Shown: one piece after another, positions 12,000 to 21,540 of the stretch
Position numbering within the stretch: position 1 is the stretch's first letter
Layout: every line of letters starts with the position of its first letter
Origin: Veleropilina oligotropha
Taxonomy: Eukaryota
Assembly: GCA_048128005.1 (NCBI GenBank)
Contig: JBEUKZ010000111.1
Coordinates: forward strand, 310,001 to 374,000
DNA: 64,000 nucleotides
Direction: 5' to 3'
The notes under the pieces: model-generated
Seen by the model: only the letters and a program-made list of their open reading frames with translations
Told to the model about the DNA's origin: nothing
Database searches by the model: none
Program-made: the position numbers and the translations under genes

Positions 12000-12993
12000 G
12001 AACCGGCGGCAGCTGGGTATCACGAGGCACCACGAGAAGTTCCTCTCGAACAAACCCACGCGGTGGTCCGTCGAGCAAATAGTAGAGCACAGGCTCGTCA
12101 GGCTTCGTGACAGAGCGTCCAAGCCGGTGAACCGTCAAAGACCACACCGGGTCAGTGGAACGCCGGCGACCACCCTCCAACTCACCGGGTTGGTATATGT
12201 ATCGAACATCTACGTCAGAGGGGAGTTTCTGTTCCTTCCCCTGTCGGTCTGGAACAGTGGCGCCTGGCTTTTGGGCAACGCGAGGTGCCTTGATGGCGTC
12301 CTTGGGCTTTTTACCGGTCAGCCTGGTCTCTTCCCCATTCAAGGCCGCAACAACGGCCGGTAACCTGGCGACCCACTCAGTTGACCTTTGACCCTCTTTC
12401 GCAGACCCTGTAAAACTCATCTCTTCTGCGTACTGGTGCCCGAAGAGCCGCTCAGCGAGCGTCCGGTTGAAGCGCTCCACGATCCCTTGATCGCGATGGA
12501 GATCCACACGGCCACGCCTAACCTCGACATTATTCTTTGCCAGCAGCTGGGAGACCGTCCCCATGAACTCTCGCCCTGGATCAACCTGAAGCAATTTCGG
12601 CCAGCTAAGAGGACTCCGCCTGTAGATTCGAGACAGAGCTTCAGAAACCCCTTTGGCCTCTTTTGTGGCCAGAGGCTCAGCTTCTTTAAAGCGACTGGCC
12701 ACATCAACCACAGTCAAAGCGTACTTATAGGTTTTACGGCCGACTTTGTCATGGGGGAGAAACAGGAGGTCGGCTTGGTGAACCTCGTTTGGCGTTACGA
12801 CGTCGAATTTTGGTCTTGGAATCCGCCGTGGCGCAGGTAAATAGATCTGCCATATAGCCTGCCTCTTAAGCCATGTCCGGGCCTCCATTTCAGACGCCTT
12901 GGCAGCCTCAGCTAGTTTCTTTATCGCGGCAATGCCTTTCCAGTAGCCCTTAGGGCTGTAGTATATCCTCGCAAGCTTACTATCCATCAGCAA
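11989..12993 (-). CDS. Retroviral-like (rve) DDE integrase, Polinton type
   Basis: HQADLLFL, LTVVDVASRF, LQVDPGREF, IVERFNRTL; intact 334 aa. Confidence 0.92.
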   Translation of the reverse strand: MLMDSKLARIYYSPKGYWKGIAAIKKLAEAAKASEMEARTWLKRQAIWQIYLPAPRRIPRPKFDVVTPNEVHQADLLFLPHDKVGRKTYKYALTVVDVASRFKEAEPLATKEAKGVSEALSRIYRRSPLSWPKLLQVDPGREFMGTVSQLLAKNNVEVRRGRVDLHRDQGIVERFNRTLAERLFGHQYAEEMSFTGSAKEGQRSTEWVARLPAVVAALNGEETRLTGKKPKDAIKAPRVAQKPGATVPDRQGKEQKLPSDVDVRYIYQPGELEGGRRRSTDPVWSLTVHRLGRSVTKPDEPVLYYLLDGPPRGFVREELLVVPRDTQLPPVLRH

Positions 12994-13210
12994 TGTATTC
13001 CAGTAAACTGATCAGTCTCCAACAGGCTTCAGCTTCCGGAGCCGGTCGCTGCGCAGTCGTCTCCCAAAGGTTGGTCGGGCCCGAGAGCACCAGGACTGTG
13101 AACCGCACCATAGTCTTTTCGTCGCGGTGCCAGCAGTCGAGTGACGTAGTACTAAGGCCCACCCCGCTGACCGCAAGCATGGCGCAGTACAGCTCTTCTG
13201 GGAGCCTCAT
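12980..13210 (-). CDS. Small hypothetical protein upstream of the integrase
   Basis: 76-aa ORF fills the gap and its stop overlaps the integrase start; no motif. Confidence 0.35.
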   Translation of the reverse strand: MRLPEELYCAMLAVSGVGLSTTSLDCWHRDEKTMVRFTVLVLSGPTNLWETTAQRPAPEAEACWRLISLLEYIADG

Positions 13211-13251
13211 TACTATACATGCCCACGAAAAAAAATGTTCACTGGAAATAA

Positions 13252-13680
13252 TTAGGCGAGCTTGTAGGCTACCAACCCGGTCGCAGCCATCCCCAGGATG
13301 ATGAAGGTGATCTCACGTCCCTTCTGGCCATCACTAGGCGTGTAGTAGTCAGACAGGGCGGGCTCAGGGCCACCCCCCAGGCCGGGGTCAAGGTTCTTGC
13401 CGGTGATCAATGCATACTCACGGATCGCGGCGTCAACATCCCGGAATGTGCCAACGGCATGACCGTGGCGGCGAAGTTCAACGTTCAGCCAGTCGAGACG
13501 CTCTGCCCTCTGTTGTGACCATTTAGTCTGAGCAGCGTTGAGCTGTTCTACGGCTTTGTCGTGGCGTTTACGCTCCTCGTCGACACCGGAGCTGCATAGC
13601 TTCGAGAAGAGGAAGTTGGACCCGCTGAAGGCGAGGGCGTTGACGAGAGCGCCCCCAACCAGCATCGCAATGGAAGCCAT
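13252..13680 (-). CDS. Putative small membrane protein (MASIAMLVGG...)
   Basis: Hydrophobic N-terminus, charged helical middle, C-terminal hydrophobic segment ITFIILGMAATGLVAY. Confidence 0.7.
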   Translation of the reverse strand: MASIAMLVGGALVNALAFSGSNFLFSKLCSSGVDEERKRHDKAVEQLNAAQTKWSQQRAERLDWLNVELRRHGHAVGTFRDVDAAIREYALITGKNLDPGLGGGPEPALSDYYTPSDGQKGREITFIILGMAATGLVAYKLA

Positions 13681-13711
13681 TGAAATGCTGCGATTATCTA
13701 GCAAGGTCACA

Positions 13712-13951
13712 CTACTTCAAAACGTCGGCCGGAATGATGCCTTGCTTGATCAGCATGTCTTTCGTCGCCATGGCGAGCGCTACGTCGAGGACGACCATCC
13801 CGACATCGTACCCCGTGAAGTCCAGCTTGGGGCTCGCCCCCTTGAAGACCATTTTTCCCAGGCGTGCGTAGCCTATGGCAAGGCCTGATACTATAGCTGC
13901 GTGATATGCAGCATTGCCGAGCATCTTTCCGTCAGTAATCGGGGTAGTCAT
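13712..13951 (-). CDS. Small hydrophobic protein (79 aa)
   Basis: Two hydrophobic stretches; tightly packed between neighbours; CAACATG start. Confidence 0.65.
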   Translation of the reverse strand: MTTPITDGKMLGNAAYHAAIVSGLAIGYARLGKMVFKGASPKLDFTGYDVGMVVLDVALAMATKDMLIKQGIIPADVLK

Positions 13952-13963
13952 GTTGTACTGCTA

Positions 13964-14461
13964 CTATCGCATATGGAACGGGTTGTGCTCATTCTTCAAT
14001 TCGGTGGTGGTTGGGGTGGGGGGCTGCCTCGCCTGTGCTGGTGGCTGTTGATGTGGTGTGGAGGAACCACTGCTGCGTTCTGAGGACGTCTTCCAGACAA
14101 CAAATACCAACGCAACCGTACCGGCAGCAACGGCTACCTGGGTCCAATTAAATGGGTCCGATTTCCGTGTAGCTGACTTTTCGACCGCGGTCACCTCGGC
14201 CGGGGCACCACTGTGTTTTTGTTGGGGCTGTGCCTCCGGTAGGTCTGAAGGAACTTCGCTGACGGATACTTGTCGAGCGTCTTCTTTGAGTCTTCTAACG
14301 TCAGCAAGGAGCCTCTCCTGCTTGGCTTTTCGAGCAGCAGCACCGGCCCGACCTGCTGCGACCTTCTTCGGGTCCTTTTTACTCACTGATGAGTCCGTCG
14401 AAGAAGTCACCCTCTCTATCGGCTGGCTCTCTATCGGCTGGTCCACTTCCGGCGTCGTCAT
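13964..14461 (-). CDS. Hypothetical protein with basic helix and one transmembrane-like segment
   Basis: KKDPKKVAAGRAGAAARKAKQE basic helix; VAVAAGTVALVFVVW; exact start uncertain (14461 or 14509). Confidence 0.6.
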   Translation of the reverse strand: MTTPEVDQPIESQPIERVTSSTDSSVSKKDPKKVAAGRAGAAARKAKQERLLADVRRLKEDARQVSVSEVPSDLPEAQPQQKHSGAPAEVTAVEKSATRKSDPFNWTQVAVAAGTVALVFVVWKTSSERSSGSSTPHQQPPAQARQPPTPTTTELKNEHNPFHMR

Positions 14462-15131
14462 CTTGATCTCGCCCTCGCTCTGGTATCTTAGGCAGGCAAA
14501 CATGTCCAAATTGGCAGTGCTTCGCAGTGGTCAACACTGCGGTCAGCGGCGCTAGCCACATGCCATACTTATAATACAGCTCACAGCTTGCACCGCGGAG
14601 AGCATGGGCAATGAAAGGATCGGCCTCGAGGTCAGCGACCAGACGTGGTTGGTTCTCCGGCGGAATGGGCAAGAACATCCCAGCTGCACCCGCATACAGC
14701 TGTATAGCAGCGGCCCCGAGGGTCTTCGTCATGTCAGCACCTAGCTTCGCTTCATACCGTGCGTGGTGTTTCTCAACCTCGTCGTCAGTCATATCGTCGA
14801 TTCGGTCCACTGTGAGGTTTCTCCCCAAGTATTTGCTGGCATCCCCTCCGATGGCTAACGCGGCAAGCCTCTCCCGTTTCTTTGCCATCCCTATGGAGCC
14901 ACTGACAGGTTCCTCGTGCTGCGAGCAGCGTTTGGTCGTCGAGCCATGGCCGCCCACGGTCGTTTCTTCCTCGTCGTCCATGAGTTGATCGATAAGGCTG
15001 TCCATCCTTAAGCGTTTCCAACATCTCCTCGCCAGTCTAATATAGCGATAATGCCAATACCACAACGTTACGAGTAGCAACAATACCAGGCTCTGGCTGC
15101 AAGCAAAAGCTAGATATACAGCGTCCGACAT
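14379..15131 (-). CDS. Hypothetical protein with N-terminal hydrophobic segment
   Basis: 250-aa ORF co-oriented with the ATPase/MCP block; LVLLLLVTLWYW segment. Confidence 0.6.
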   Translation of the reverse strand: MSDAVYLAFACSQSLVLLLLVTLWYWHYRYIRLARRCWKRLRMDSLIDQLMDDEEETTVGGHGSTTKRCSQHEEPVSGSIGMAKKRERLAALAIGGDASKYLGRNLTVDRIDDMTDDEVEKHHARYEAKLGADMTKTLGAAAIQLYAGAAGMFLPIPPENQPRLVADLEADPFIAHALRGASCELYYKYGMWLAPLTAVLTTAKHCQFGHVCLPKIPERGRDQDDDAGSGPADREPADREGDFFDGLISE

Positions 15132-15172
15132 GCTAGGAGATGCCTGGTAGATGCTAAGTAGCTGCTGGGTAG

Positions 15173-15808
15173 CTATAGCACACTATAAGCAACGGGCTGA
15201 TCAGTTTTCAACAGAAGCTTAGCGTGTCTGGTCTCGGCCAACAGCCGGCGCACTGCGGTTCTCTCGTCGCAGGATGAGATGACATCGTTCTCGCGGAGAC
15301 AGTCTTCAAAGCTATCGCGGTCCTTGCAGTGAAACAGCGTGACCCAGCGGGTCTGCTCTCTGAGTTCCTTCAAGACCGAGTTGTATTTTTGCGTCACTAC
15401 CCATACGCTCTGTTCGGCATGCCTGCCGCTGAAGGCCAACAAAGTCAGCATGTCCCTTCTCTTGGCGAGGGCCTTGCTGGCGGCGCAGTCGTCGATGATA
15501 TAGAGGGTCGGCTCCCCCTGAAACAGCCGGTAGAACCCCCGCAACCAGTCATGGAGTCGCTCACCAGGGGGGATTATGTACACCTCAGGGTCAGTCCAGA
15601 TCCATGGACAGGACTGGTATGCCTTATTGAACTTGATCGTGGGGCAGAGAATTACGATGTGCCGGAACACCCCTCGATAGACTCCTTCCAGGAGTGAAAG
15701 TATGAAAATTGTCTTTCCACAGCCCGTCTGGCCGCAGATAATTGCGGAGTGGGGGTCCTTGGGGTGCGGGAACCGTCTACTAGTATAGCGCGGTGACAAA
15801 TCGGCCAT
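15173..15808 (-). CDS. A32-like (FtsK/HerA superfamily) DNA packaging ATPase
   Basis: Walker A GQTGCGKT, Walker B LYIIDD, SGRH..QSVWVVTQ arginine-finger/sensor motif. Confidence 0.92.
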   Translation of the reverse strand: MADLSPRYTSRRFPHPKDPHSAIICGQTGCGKTIFILSLLEGVYRGVFRHIVILCPTIKFNKAYQSCPWIWTDPEVYIIPPGERLHDWLRGFYRLFQGEPTLYIIDDCAASKALAKRRDMLTLLAFSGRHAEQSVWVVTQKYNSVLKELREQTRWVTLFHCKDRDSFEDCLRENDVISSCDERTAVRRLLAETRHAKLLLKTDQPVAYSVL

Positions 15809-17084
15809 CCTGAATATGCAGTTGCGCGTCCATGATCACGTACAGGTAAACGTTCAACGGACCGGCTGCTTCGCCTGTTTTAGTAATCTGGATGGTGATA
15901 CCCTCGCTGGCGTTTTCTATCCTCCGGCCTGACCCATGCAGCTGATCGTCGTCGGTTACCCGCAGGTCGATCCATAATGCGAATTTATTAGTCAGAAACT
16001 GGCCCAGTGTGACGTCTGCCAGAGCCAAATCCTTGGCAACCAGCGCGACCTCAGGATGGCGCTTGCTGATCGGGTTGGAGGCGAACAGCTTCCTGGCTTC
16101 GTCCCACATCTGGTGGGAACGCATGCCCTGGCTGTATAGTTGATTCGGGACCCCCTCAATGGTGACCTCGACTTTCGTGATCTTCGGATTGTAGAAGGCC
16201 TCGGTGTCGCGAGCGAATGGTACGGCGTCTCTCGCAGGGTCCTCAAACAGCATTAGAATCCCTTTCATGGAATGTGCCGGAACGTTCAGGTTCAGGTTCC
16301 ACAGGGTGTCACTTTTATCTTTTGTGATCTTACGATGCCGCAGGACACGGTCGTAGAGGATGACGAGGCGGCTCCTGTATTGGTTTTTTATCAGCCTAGC
16401 TAGGTCCGTGTTGGTGACCATGTCATATTCCAGGCTGATATTGTCGATGACGTAGCTGGAGCCGGGGTCATCGGTGTTCCTGATCGTCCTTGAGTGATCA
16501 TTGAACGTTAGTTCGTACTCAAGACGGTCCCCCAACGCACTTTGGTAGAACGGCATGTGACTTTCCAAGAGCTCGAAATCCAGCGGGATGCGGTACCTCG
16601 GACCGTAAGCGTCTGAGATAGCTGTGTCCTCAGAAAGTCTGAAAGCGTCTGCCGCACCAACACGATTTTTCGTCGCATTGTGTTCGGCGCTGGTGTCAAT
16701 CCCCTGATAGTGAGCACTCTGTCGTTCCTGTGGTGTCTTCCACAGGTCACAGTAGCAGTGATACACGTCGGAGTCGTCTATAGACAAGATCTCATTCCCA
16801 CTAATCTTTATCGTGGTCTTCTTGACCACGGCGCGTCCAATATTCTGAACTACAGTTCTGTTTGGGTTAGCCAAGGTCAGACCAATGGTGAATGCGAGGT
16901 GGGCAGTCCCTGGCACGATCACGTCGTGAGTCCCGAGATTCGGGAACCGAACCAACAGCTGCTGGTTTGCAGCAATAGTGGAGGGGTTGTTTGTTATGGT
17001 GACCGACTGGCGGATACCTTTCACCCCAAGAGGCTCTCGCAGTCTGCGGTATGGATCCAACGTGCGTCCGTACGTGCTGGACAT
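15780..17084 (-). CDS. Probable double jelly-roll major capsid protein (434 aa from MSSTYGR)
   Basis: Size, beta-rich pattern, NIGRAVVKKTTIKISGNEI and YRIPLDF...LEYELTF segments resembling DJR MCPs; adjacent to the ATPase. The ORF-track extension to 17450 is antisense to the next gene. Confidence 0.8.
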   Translation of the reverse strand: MSSTYGRTLDPYRRLREPLGVKGIRQSVTITNNPSTIAANQQLLVRFPNLGTHDVIVPGTAHLAFTIGLTLANPNRTVVQNIGRAVVKKTTIKISGNEILSIDDSDVYHCYCDLWKTPQERQSAHYQGIDTSAEHNATKNRVGAADAFRLSEDTAISDAYGPRYRIPLDFELLESHMPFYQSALGDRLEYELTFNDHSRTIRNTDDPGSSYVIDNISLEYDMVTNTDLARLIKNQYRSRLVILYDRVLRHRKITKDKSDTLWNLNLNVPAHSMKGILMLFEDPARDAVPFARDTEAFYNPKITKVEVTIEGVPNQLYSQGMRSHQMWDEARKLFASNPISKRHPEVALVAKDLALADVTLGQFLTNKFALWIDLRVTDDDQLHGSGRRIENASEGITIQITKTGEAAGPLNVYLYVIMDAQLHIQDGRFVTALY

Positions 17085-17126
17085 GTTGTTGTCTGAATTA
17101 GATGCGTATCCCACCGGTGTATTCAA

Positions 17127-18452
17127 ATGGCGGAATTCCCGAACCCCGCATTCGAGCTTGATGATTTCATCGACAACGATGATCCCATCGACAACGATGA
17201 TACCATCATCGACGATATTGATGTGGATAGATCCGCCGACCGGTTTATGCCGGTGCCACAGGAAGGAACCAGCAGTCAGCGGCAAAAGTTCGTGAAGGAA
17301 GCGGTGGATGGCTACTACGAAGCCCTGGCACAGGAGGGGCAGACCCCGCCGCTGTATCGTGATTATGCCCAGTTCGAGTATGTCGAGGGGGAGGGATTGC
17401 GGCTGAAGGATTTTCCAAACATCGATCTCATCAATTATCGGACCAAACAACCCAATGCTTTGTCAACACTATCTAACAGGCGTGGTGGGGGTAAAGCGAT
17501 CAGAAAAGGGTTGGGTTTCGCAGCATGGACGCGGCCAGAGAAGCGGGGGAAAGGGGGACAGAAGATGTCCTCAAAAGCCATCGCGGCATTTCAGACAGCC
17601 GACAACGAGTTGAGCGGTGCGGCCGCTAATGTCGAAAACGTAGAACTGCGGGACTTGGGGCAGACTGCTACTGATGCCTCGGTAGCAATCCACACGATGG
17701 AGACGGAATTCACTGATACCGAGGTTGAAGAGATCTTAGGCACAATGGGGGACCCTCCATTAAACCTCCGCGAGCTTCGCGGACTTGACAAGGCGATGCA
17801 GACCATTCGAGGCGAGCTCACTAACAATCTAGCCAAACTAACGGCGCTGGACGAACACATAGAGCTGGAGAAGAGCAAGCTCGATCGGGCCGATGAAGAG
17901 GGCGGTGTGGATGAGTTTATTCGTCGACGGATCGCGGAACGTCTGCGCAACTTAAACGATGAACGAGCAGCTCGCCTAGAGGCAGCCTCATCAAGCCGGG
18001 AGGCCCTACGCTCTCAAATCAGCCGGATCCGAGAGATGCTAAATCGGATACTCCACTCAGATACCACGCTGGCCGAGCGTATCCGGACCCTATTTCGCGA
18101 GCAGGGGGTTACGATCGCAACAATACTGACCGCTATTGGGTTGGCTATCTCGACTTTGGTACTAGCCCTGACAGGCGGAGCGCCGAGCATCGCACCAACA
18201 CCACCACCTGCCAGTGGTCAGGGGGGGGTCAAGGAGTGGGTCAAAAAGCAGCTGCAGAACCTGGGTCGGATTCTGGGCAAACTAGCGGGGAAGGCCGCAG
18301 CCGCACTCCCCGGAATACTTGGCAGCCTGGTCTCCTGGCTAATCAACGTGGTCGGCAAGACAGCGTCGTGGCTCGCTGAAAACCTGTGGGCACTGATTAT
18401 ATCTGTTGGGGGCTTGCTTCTTATTGCCGCTAGACAGTTTGGGGTCACGTAA
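17127..18452 (+). CDS. Coiled-coil protein with C-terminal hydrophobic helices (candidate membrane/entry protein)
   Basis: Acidic N-terminus, long heptad-rich middle, VTIATILTAIGLAISTLVLALTGG, terminal LWALIISVGGLLLIAA. Confidence 0.75.
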   Translation: MAEFPNPAFELDDFIDNDDPIDNDDTIIDDIDVDRSADRFMPVPQEGTSSQRQKFVKEAVDGYYEALAQEGQTPPLYRDYAQFEYVEGEGLRLKDFPNIDLINYRTKQPNALSTLSNRRGGGKAIRKGLGFAAWTRPEKRGKGGQKMSSKAIAAFQTADNELSGAAANVENVELRDLGQTATDASVAIHTMETEFTDTEVEEILGTMGDPPLNLRELRGLDKAMQTIRGELTNNLAKLTALDEHIELEKSKLDRADEEGGVDEFIRRRIAERLRNLNDERAARLEAASSSREALRSQISRIREMLNRILHSDTTLAERIRTLFREQGVTIATILTAIGLAISTLVLALTGGAPSIAPTPPPASGQGGVKEWVKKQLQNLGRILGKLAGKAAAALPGILGSLVSWLINVVGKTASWLAENLWALIISVGGLLLIAARQFGVT

Positions 18453-19716
18453 GCCATATGAACGCTAGGCCAACGACGATGCCGCCCACGATGAGTGCGG
18501 TTTTCTCCTCGTCATGTGGGGCAACCCCCGAGGCTGAAACAGCTGCCGGCTCATCGTTTGGATGCTTCGGAGCATCTGCCCGTAAGACTGCGTCTTGTGG
18601 GATGACCAATCCTGTTTCTCCAGTACCCCCAGTGGCGTTGAGCGGCACACTGGCCGCGTTGACCGTCGTATTAAGACCTAGTGTCTGGTTTTCCGTGGCG
18701 ACGATGATCTCATTGTTATAACCAGCCACCTGCCCGATCCGTAGAAGCATGTTACTTGGCGCCATGTACAGGCCAACGCCGAATACGAAGTCCACTTTGG
18801 ACCTCGCATACTGGAGCACCTCTTGGTACCGTTTGATCGCAGCAGGGAGGTCAACGGGGGATGCGATGGCGTCCTCGACGTTCGCCAGGTACTGTTTCTG
18901 TGCGTCAAATGCCGTCCCACTACCCAGAATGCCTGCACGTGTCTGCGCCTGCGCTCCGAGAATCGCCCAGACGTACATCCTGATGGAGTCATTGAGCCTC
19001 TCCACGCCGGCCCGGGTGAATCCCGCCGACCGGTCCAGAAAAAAGGAAGCCCAGCCGTTTGAAAGCGCAGGCGCTTGCGCGATGTAGTCCACATGCAGGT
19101 TCGAGTTGGTCGTCCCTTTGGTGAAGGACATTCGGCTTGGATCATACTCACGTCCGATGGGGTGGTAGCCGTTGTTCGTCCAGTAGCTGTAAGCGGTGCC
19201 TAGTCCGCCGTTGGGACCCTTGACACGCCAGTCGGTATGTGGGGACACTCCGAATTCGCTGCAGATCTTTTCATATGCCCTTCGGTCATACGGGGTGTCG
19301 AATGCATCCCACGTCCGGTCTTGTGGCAGCGGGGCCTGAATCTCGGTCAAAATCCTTCTGACCTGATAGTAGACGTGGAAGGTGAATACAGCAGTGGAGA
19401 GGGGGTCGGTCGCATTCAAGTGGTCTTCTGAGGAGATCCCGGAACCTGTTGTGGCACACCATACTGCGAAGTTTACCTTGTTCTGCCAGAACCGCATCGG
19501 TGTGCTGTGCCAATCCCATATTAGCCGATCACTCGCGACGTGTGGGAGGCGATACTTTTGAAATACGTCGGGATATTTGGCCTCGAATGCAGTGGTTGAG
19601 CTATTACCCACATTGATGCTTGGTCTCGTAAGCTCCTCATCTTTGATCTTTGCTGGGTACACCACACCGGTCGGATAGGCCGCACTCCTATTGAACGCAA
19701 AGGCGCTCTTAGCCAT
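18445..19716 (-). CDS. Hypothetical 423-aa protein with C-terminal transmembrane anchor
   Basis: Long intact ORF ending ALIVGGIVVGLAFIWLT; function not recognised. Confidence 0.7.
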   Translation of the reverse strand: MAKSAFAFNRSAAYPTGVVYPAKIKDEELTRPSINVGNSSTTAFEAKYPDVFQKYRLPHVASDRLIWDWHSTPMRFWQNKVNFAVWCATTGSGISSEDHLNATDPLSTAVFTFHVYYQVRRILTEIQAPLPQDRTWDAFDTPYDRRAYEKICSEFGVSPHTDWRVKGPNGGLGTAYSYWTNNGYHPIGREYDPSRMSFTKGTTNSNLHVDYIAQAPALSNGWASFFLDRSAGFTRAGVERLNDSIRMYVWAILGAQAQTRAGILGSGTAFDAQKQYLANVEDAIASPVDLPAAIKRYQEVLQYARSKVDFVFGVGLYMAPSNMLLRIGQVAGYNNEIIVATENQTLGLNTTVNAASVPLNATGGTGETGLVIPQDAVLRADAPKHPNDEPAAVSASGVAPHDEEKTALIVGGIVVGLAFIWLT

Positions 19717-19723
19717 AGCTACT

Positions 19724-20467
19724 ATGTTTCACACATTAACGAGTGTTCAAGACTCGACCGTGGTTGCCCTCCTGGAGCCGATTGATAACCGGGACGGCAA
19801 GCTATGTGTCAGCTTGCAGTCACTCGACTATTGGGTCGGCTGGCACAACGTCCACGCCGGAGCCTTCTTCCAGACCCCCAATACCACGGTCGAGGTAGCA
19901 CCGGGTTTCTACAGCTTCGATTCCCTCGCCAAGACACTGAAGAGGTCGCTAGGTAACATACAGCTATCTGTAAGCCATGATACAGGGCTCGCCCGAATCG
20001 TTGTTCCAGAGGGGACCCGACTAGCGATAAGCAACGATATCAGGAAACTCCTCGGCTTACCCCTGTCTTCGTTCATTCTCGATAAATCGGGGAATCTGAA
20101 CCCTCCCCTTCGCACCGGAGTACAGGGCGATCTACCTCCCCCTCCGGAGAGATCCGAGTGGCTACGCCCTGGGACGTATGACGGGAACAAGCCTGTCGGG
20201 TTTGCCATAGCGCCGACCCTGCACGTCCACCTGGAGCAGCTTAGTACAACACACAATGTGAAGGATGGCGCGCCGAGCAATATTCTCGCGGTGGTCCCGA
20301 TCACGTCGCAGATGCTCGGTGAGGCTGGCCACTACCACAGGCATCCCGCCGGCCGGCGACTACAGGCCGGGATGATCACGGAGTTGAAGGTTTATGTCAC
20401 AGACGCAGATGGTAACCCGATCGACAATCACGGCATGCTAATTTCCGCAGTCCTTGCGATACAATGA
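19724..20467 (+). CDS. Probable minor capsid (penton, single jelly-roll) protein
   Basis: VEVAPGFYS..L, LLGL, NILAVVPI and C-terminal LKVYVTDADGNPIDNHG pattern typical of Polinton/virophage minor capsid proteins. Confidence 0.75.
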   Translation: MFHTLTSVQDSTVVALLEPIDNRDGKLCVSLQSLDYWVGWHNVHAGAFFQTPNTTVEVAPGFYSFDSLAKTLKRSLGNIQLSVSHDTGLARIVVPEGTRLAISNDIRKLLGLPLSSFILDKSGNLNPPLRTGVQGDLPPPPERSEWLRPGTYDGNKPVGFAIAPTLHVHLEQLSTTHNVKDGAPSNILAVVPITSQMLGEAGHYHRHPAGRRLQAGMITELKVYVTDADGNPIDNHGMLISAVLAIQ

Positions 20468-20823
20468 GCAGCAGCATCTATGGGACCCTGCGGGCAGATG
20501 AGCCCTCTTCCCCGACCCGGTGGCACTTTGTTCTTAATTGTGGAGAAGCACCCAAGAAGAAGGGACTGGCGAAGAGGGAGTTCCTTCTTCCCAATAATGG
20601 AGGCCGGTTTGGGTTGAACCCAGCCCTCCTAATGATCCACATGACGCCGGTCCAGCCCGCCGGGGGCCCCAAAGCATGTTCCATAAGTACGCTTGGCCTG
20701 AATTCGGACAGGCTGACCCTCGCCTTCGTCGTCAAGGCCCCGTGGGTTGGCACGATGTATTTGAACGTTTCCGTAACGGTAGACATTCGGAATCAACAGG
20801 CTGAACAATACAGCCACGAATAA
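20464..20823 (+). CDS. Hypothetical protein (119 aa)
   Basis: Coupled by ATGA overlap upstream and TAATG overlap downstream. Confidence 0.6.
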   Translation: MSSSIYGTLRADEPSSPTRWHFVLNCGEAPKKKGLAKREFLLPNNGGRFGLNPALLMIHMTPVQPAGGPKACSISTLGLNSDRLTLAFVVKAPWVGTMYLNVSVTVDIRNQQAEQYSHE

Positions 20824-21455
20824 TGAACAATAAGCCCTCAGCGCCAACGCTGTATCCACAGCTTGGTGGCGATGTGCCTTCGGAACTGCCGGAGGCACAG
20901 TCTTTCCGACTACAGAAAGTGAATGAGCTTCAGGGACAGCTAGAGCGAGAGAGAGACGCAAGAGCGGCACTGTACAAGAAGTACCGCAGAGGTGTTAACG
21001 TCGTTGACGGGATAGATAACGGACTAGTCGTCGCCACCCTTGGTATGGGTAGCGCTGGAATTGGACTGTTGTCCACGATCGTTGCCGCACCTGTTGTCCT
21101 AGTGCTAGAATTAGCGGCATTAGGGTGTGGGCTCGCCAGTATGGGTGGGAAATATATCAGCCGACGCCTCGGGGTGAAAGCTAAGAAGCACGACGAGATC
21201 CGAGTATTGGCCGACAGCAAGCTGAATACCATAACCGACCACGTCTCAAAGGCCTTAGCGGACGGGGTGATGTCTGATGATGAATTCCAACTGGTCACAG
21301 GGGAGATGGAGAAATACCAAGCCATGAAGGCATCAATTCGGGATAAGAGTAGGAAGGCGCACACCGCGATTTCACAGACCCAGAGCGAGCTTATTGAGCA
21401 TGGTCGTTTAGAGGGTCGCGCGGAGCTGCTGAAAAAAATCGGAGCTGGCGACTAA
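20823..21455 (+). CDS. Helical membrane-active-like protein with central hydrophobic hairpin and N-terminal PSAP/LYPQL motifs
   Basis: MNNKPSAPTLYPQL start; hydrophobic LVVATLGMGSAGIGLLSTIVAAPVVLVLELAALGCGLA between charged helices. Confidence 0.75.
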   Translation: MNNKPSAPTLYPQLGGDVPSELPEAQSFRLQKVNELQGQLERERDARAALYKKYRRGVNVVDGIDNGLVVATLGMGSAGIGLLSTIVAAPVVLVLELAALGCGLASMGGKYISRRLGVKAKKHDEIRVLADSKLNTITDHVSKALADGVMSDDEFQLVTGEMEKYQAMKASIRDKSRKAHTAISQTQSELIEHGRLEGRAELLKKIGAGD

Positions 21456-21540
21456 CTATCCAGGTTGAGCGTAGCCACGACTACCCCCCTCCCCCTCCCC
21501 CGTATTAAAGCTCGAAATCGACAGTGATATCTGGACAACC

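Noticed and set aside
13228..13235. T8 run on the minus strand after an ORF as an asfarvirus-type terminator
   Set aside because: Single instance; not seen consistently after the other genes
17085..17450. 122-aa N-terminal extension of the capsid ORF in the ORF track
   Set aside because: Mostly antisense to the 441-aa gene; the ATG at 17084 has a CAACATG context and gives a typical MCP size
8145..20970. Many antisense and overlapping short ORFs inside the viral element
   Set aside because: Shadow ORFs expected in GC-rich coding DNA; no motifs
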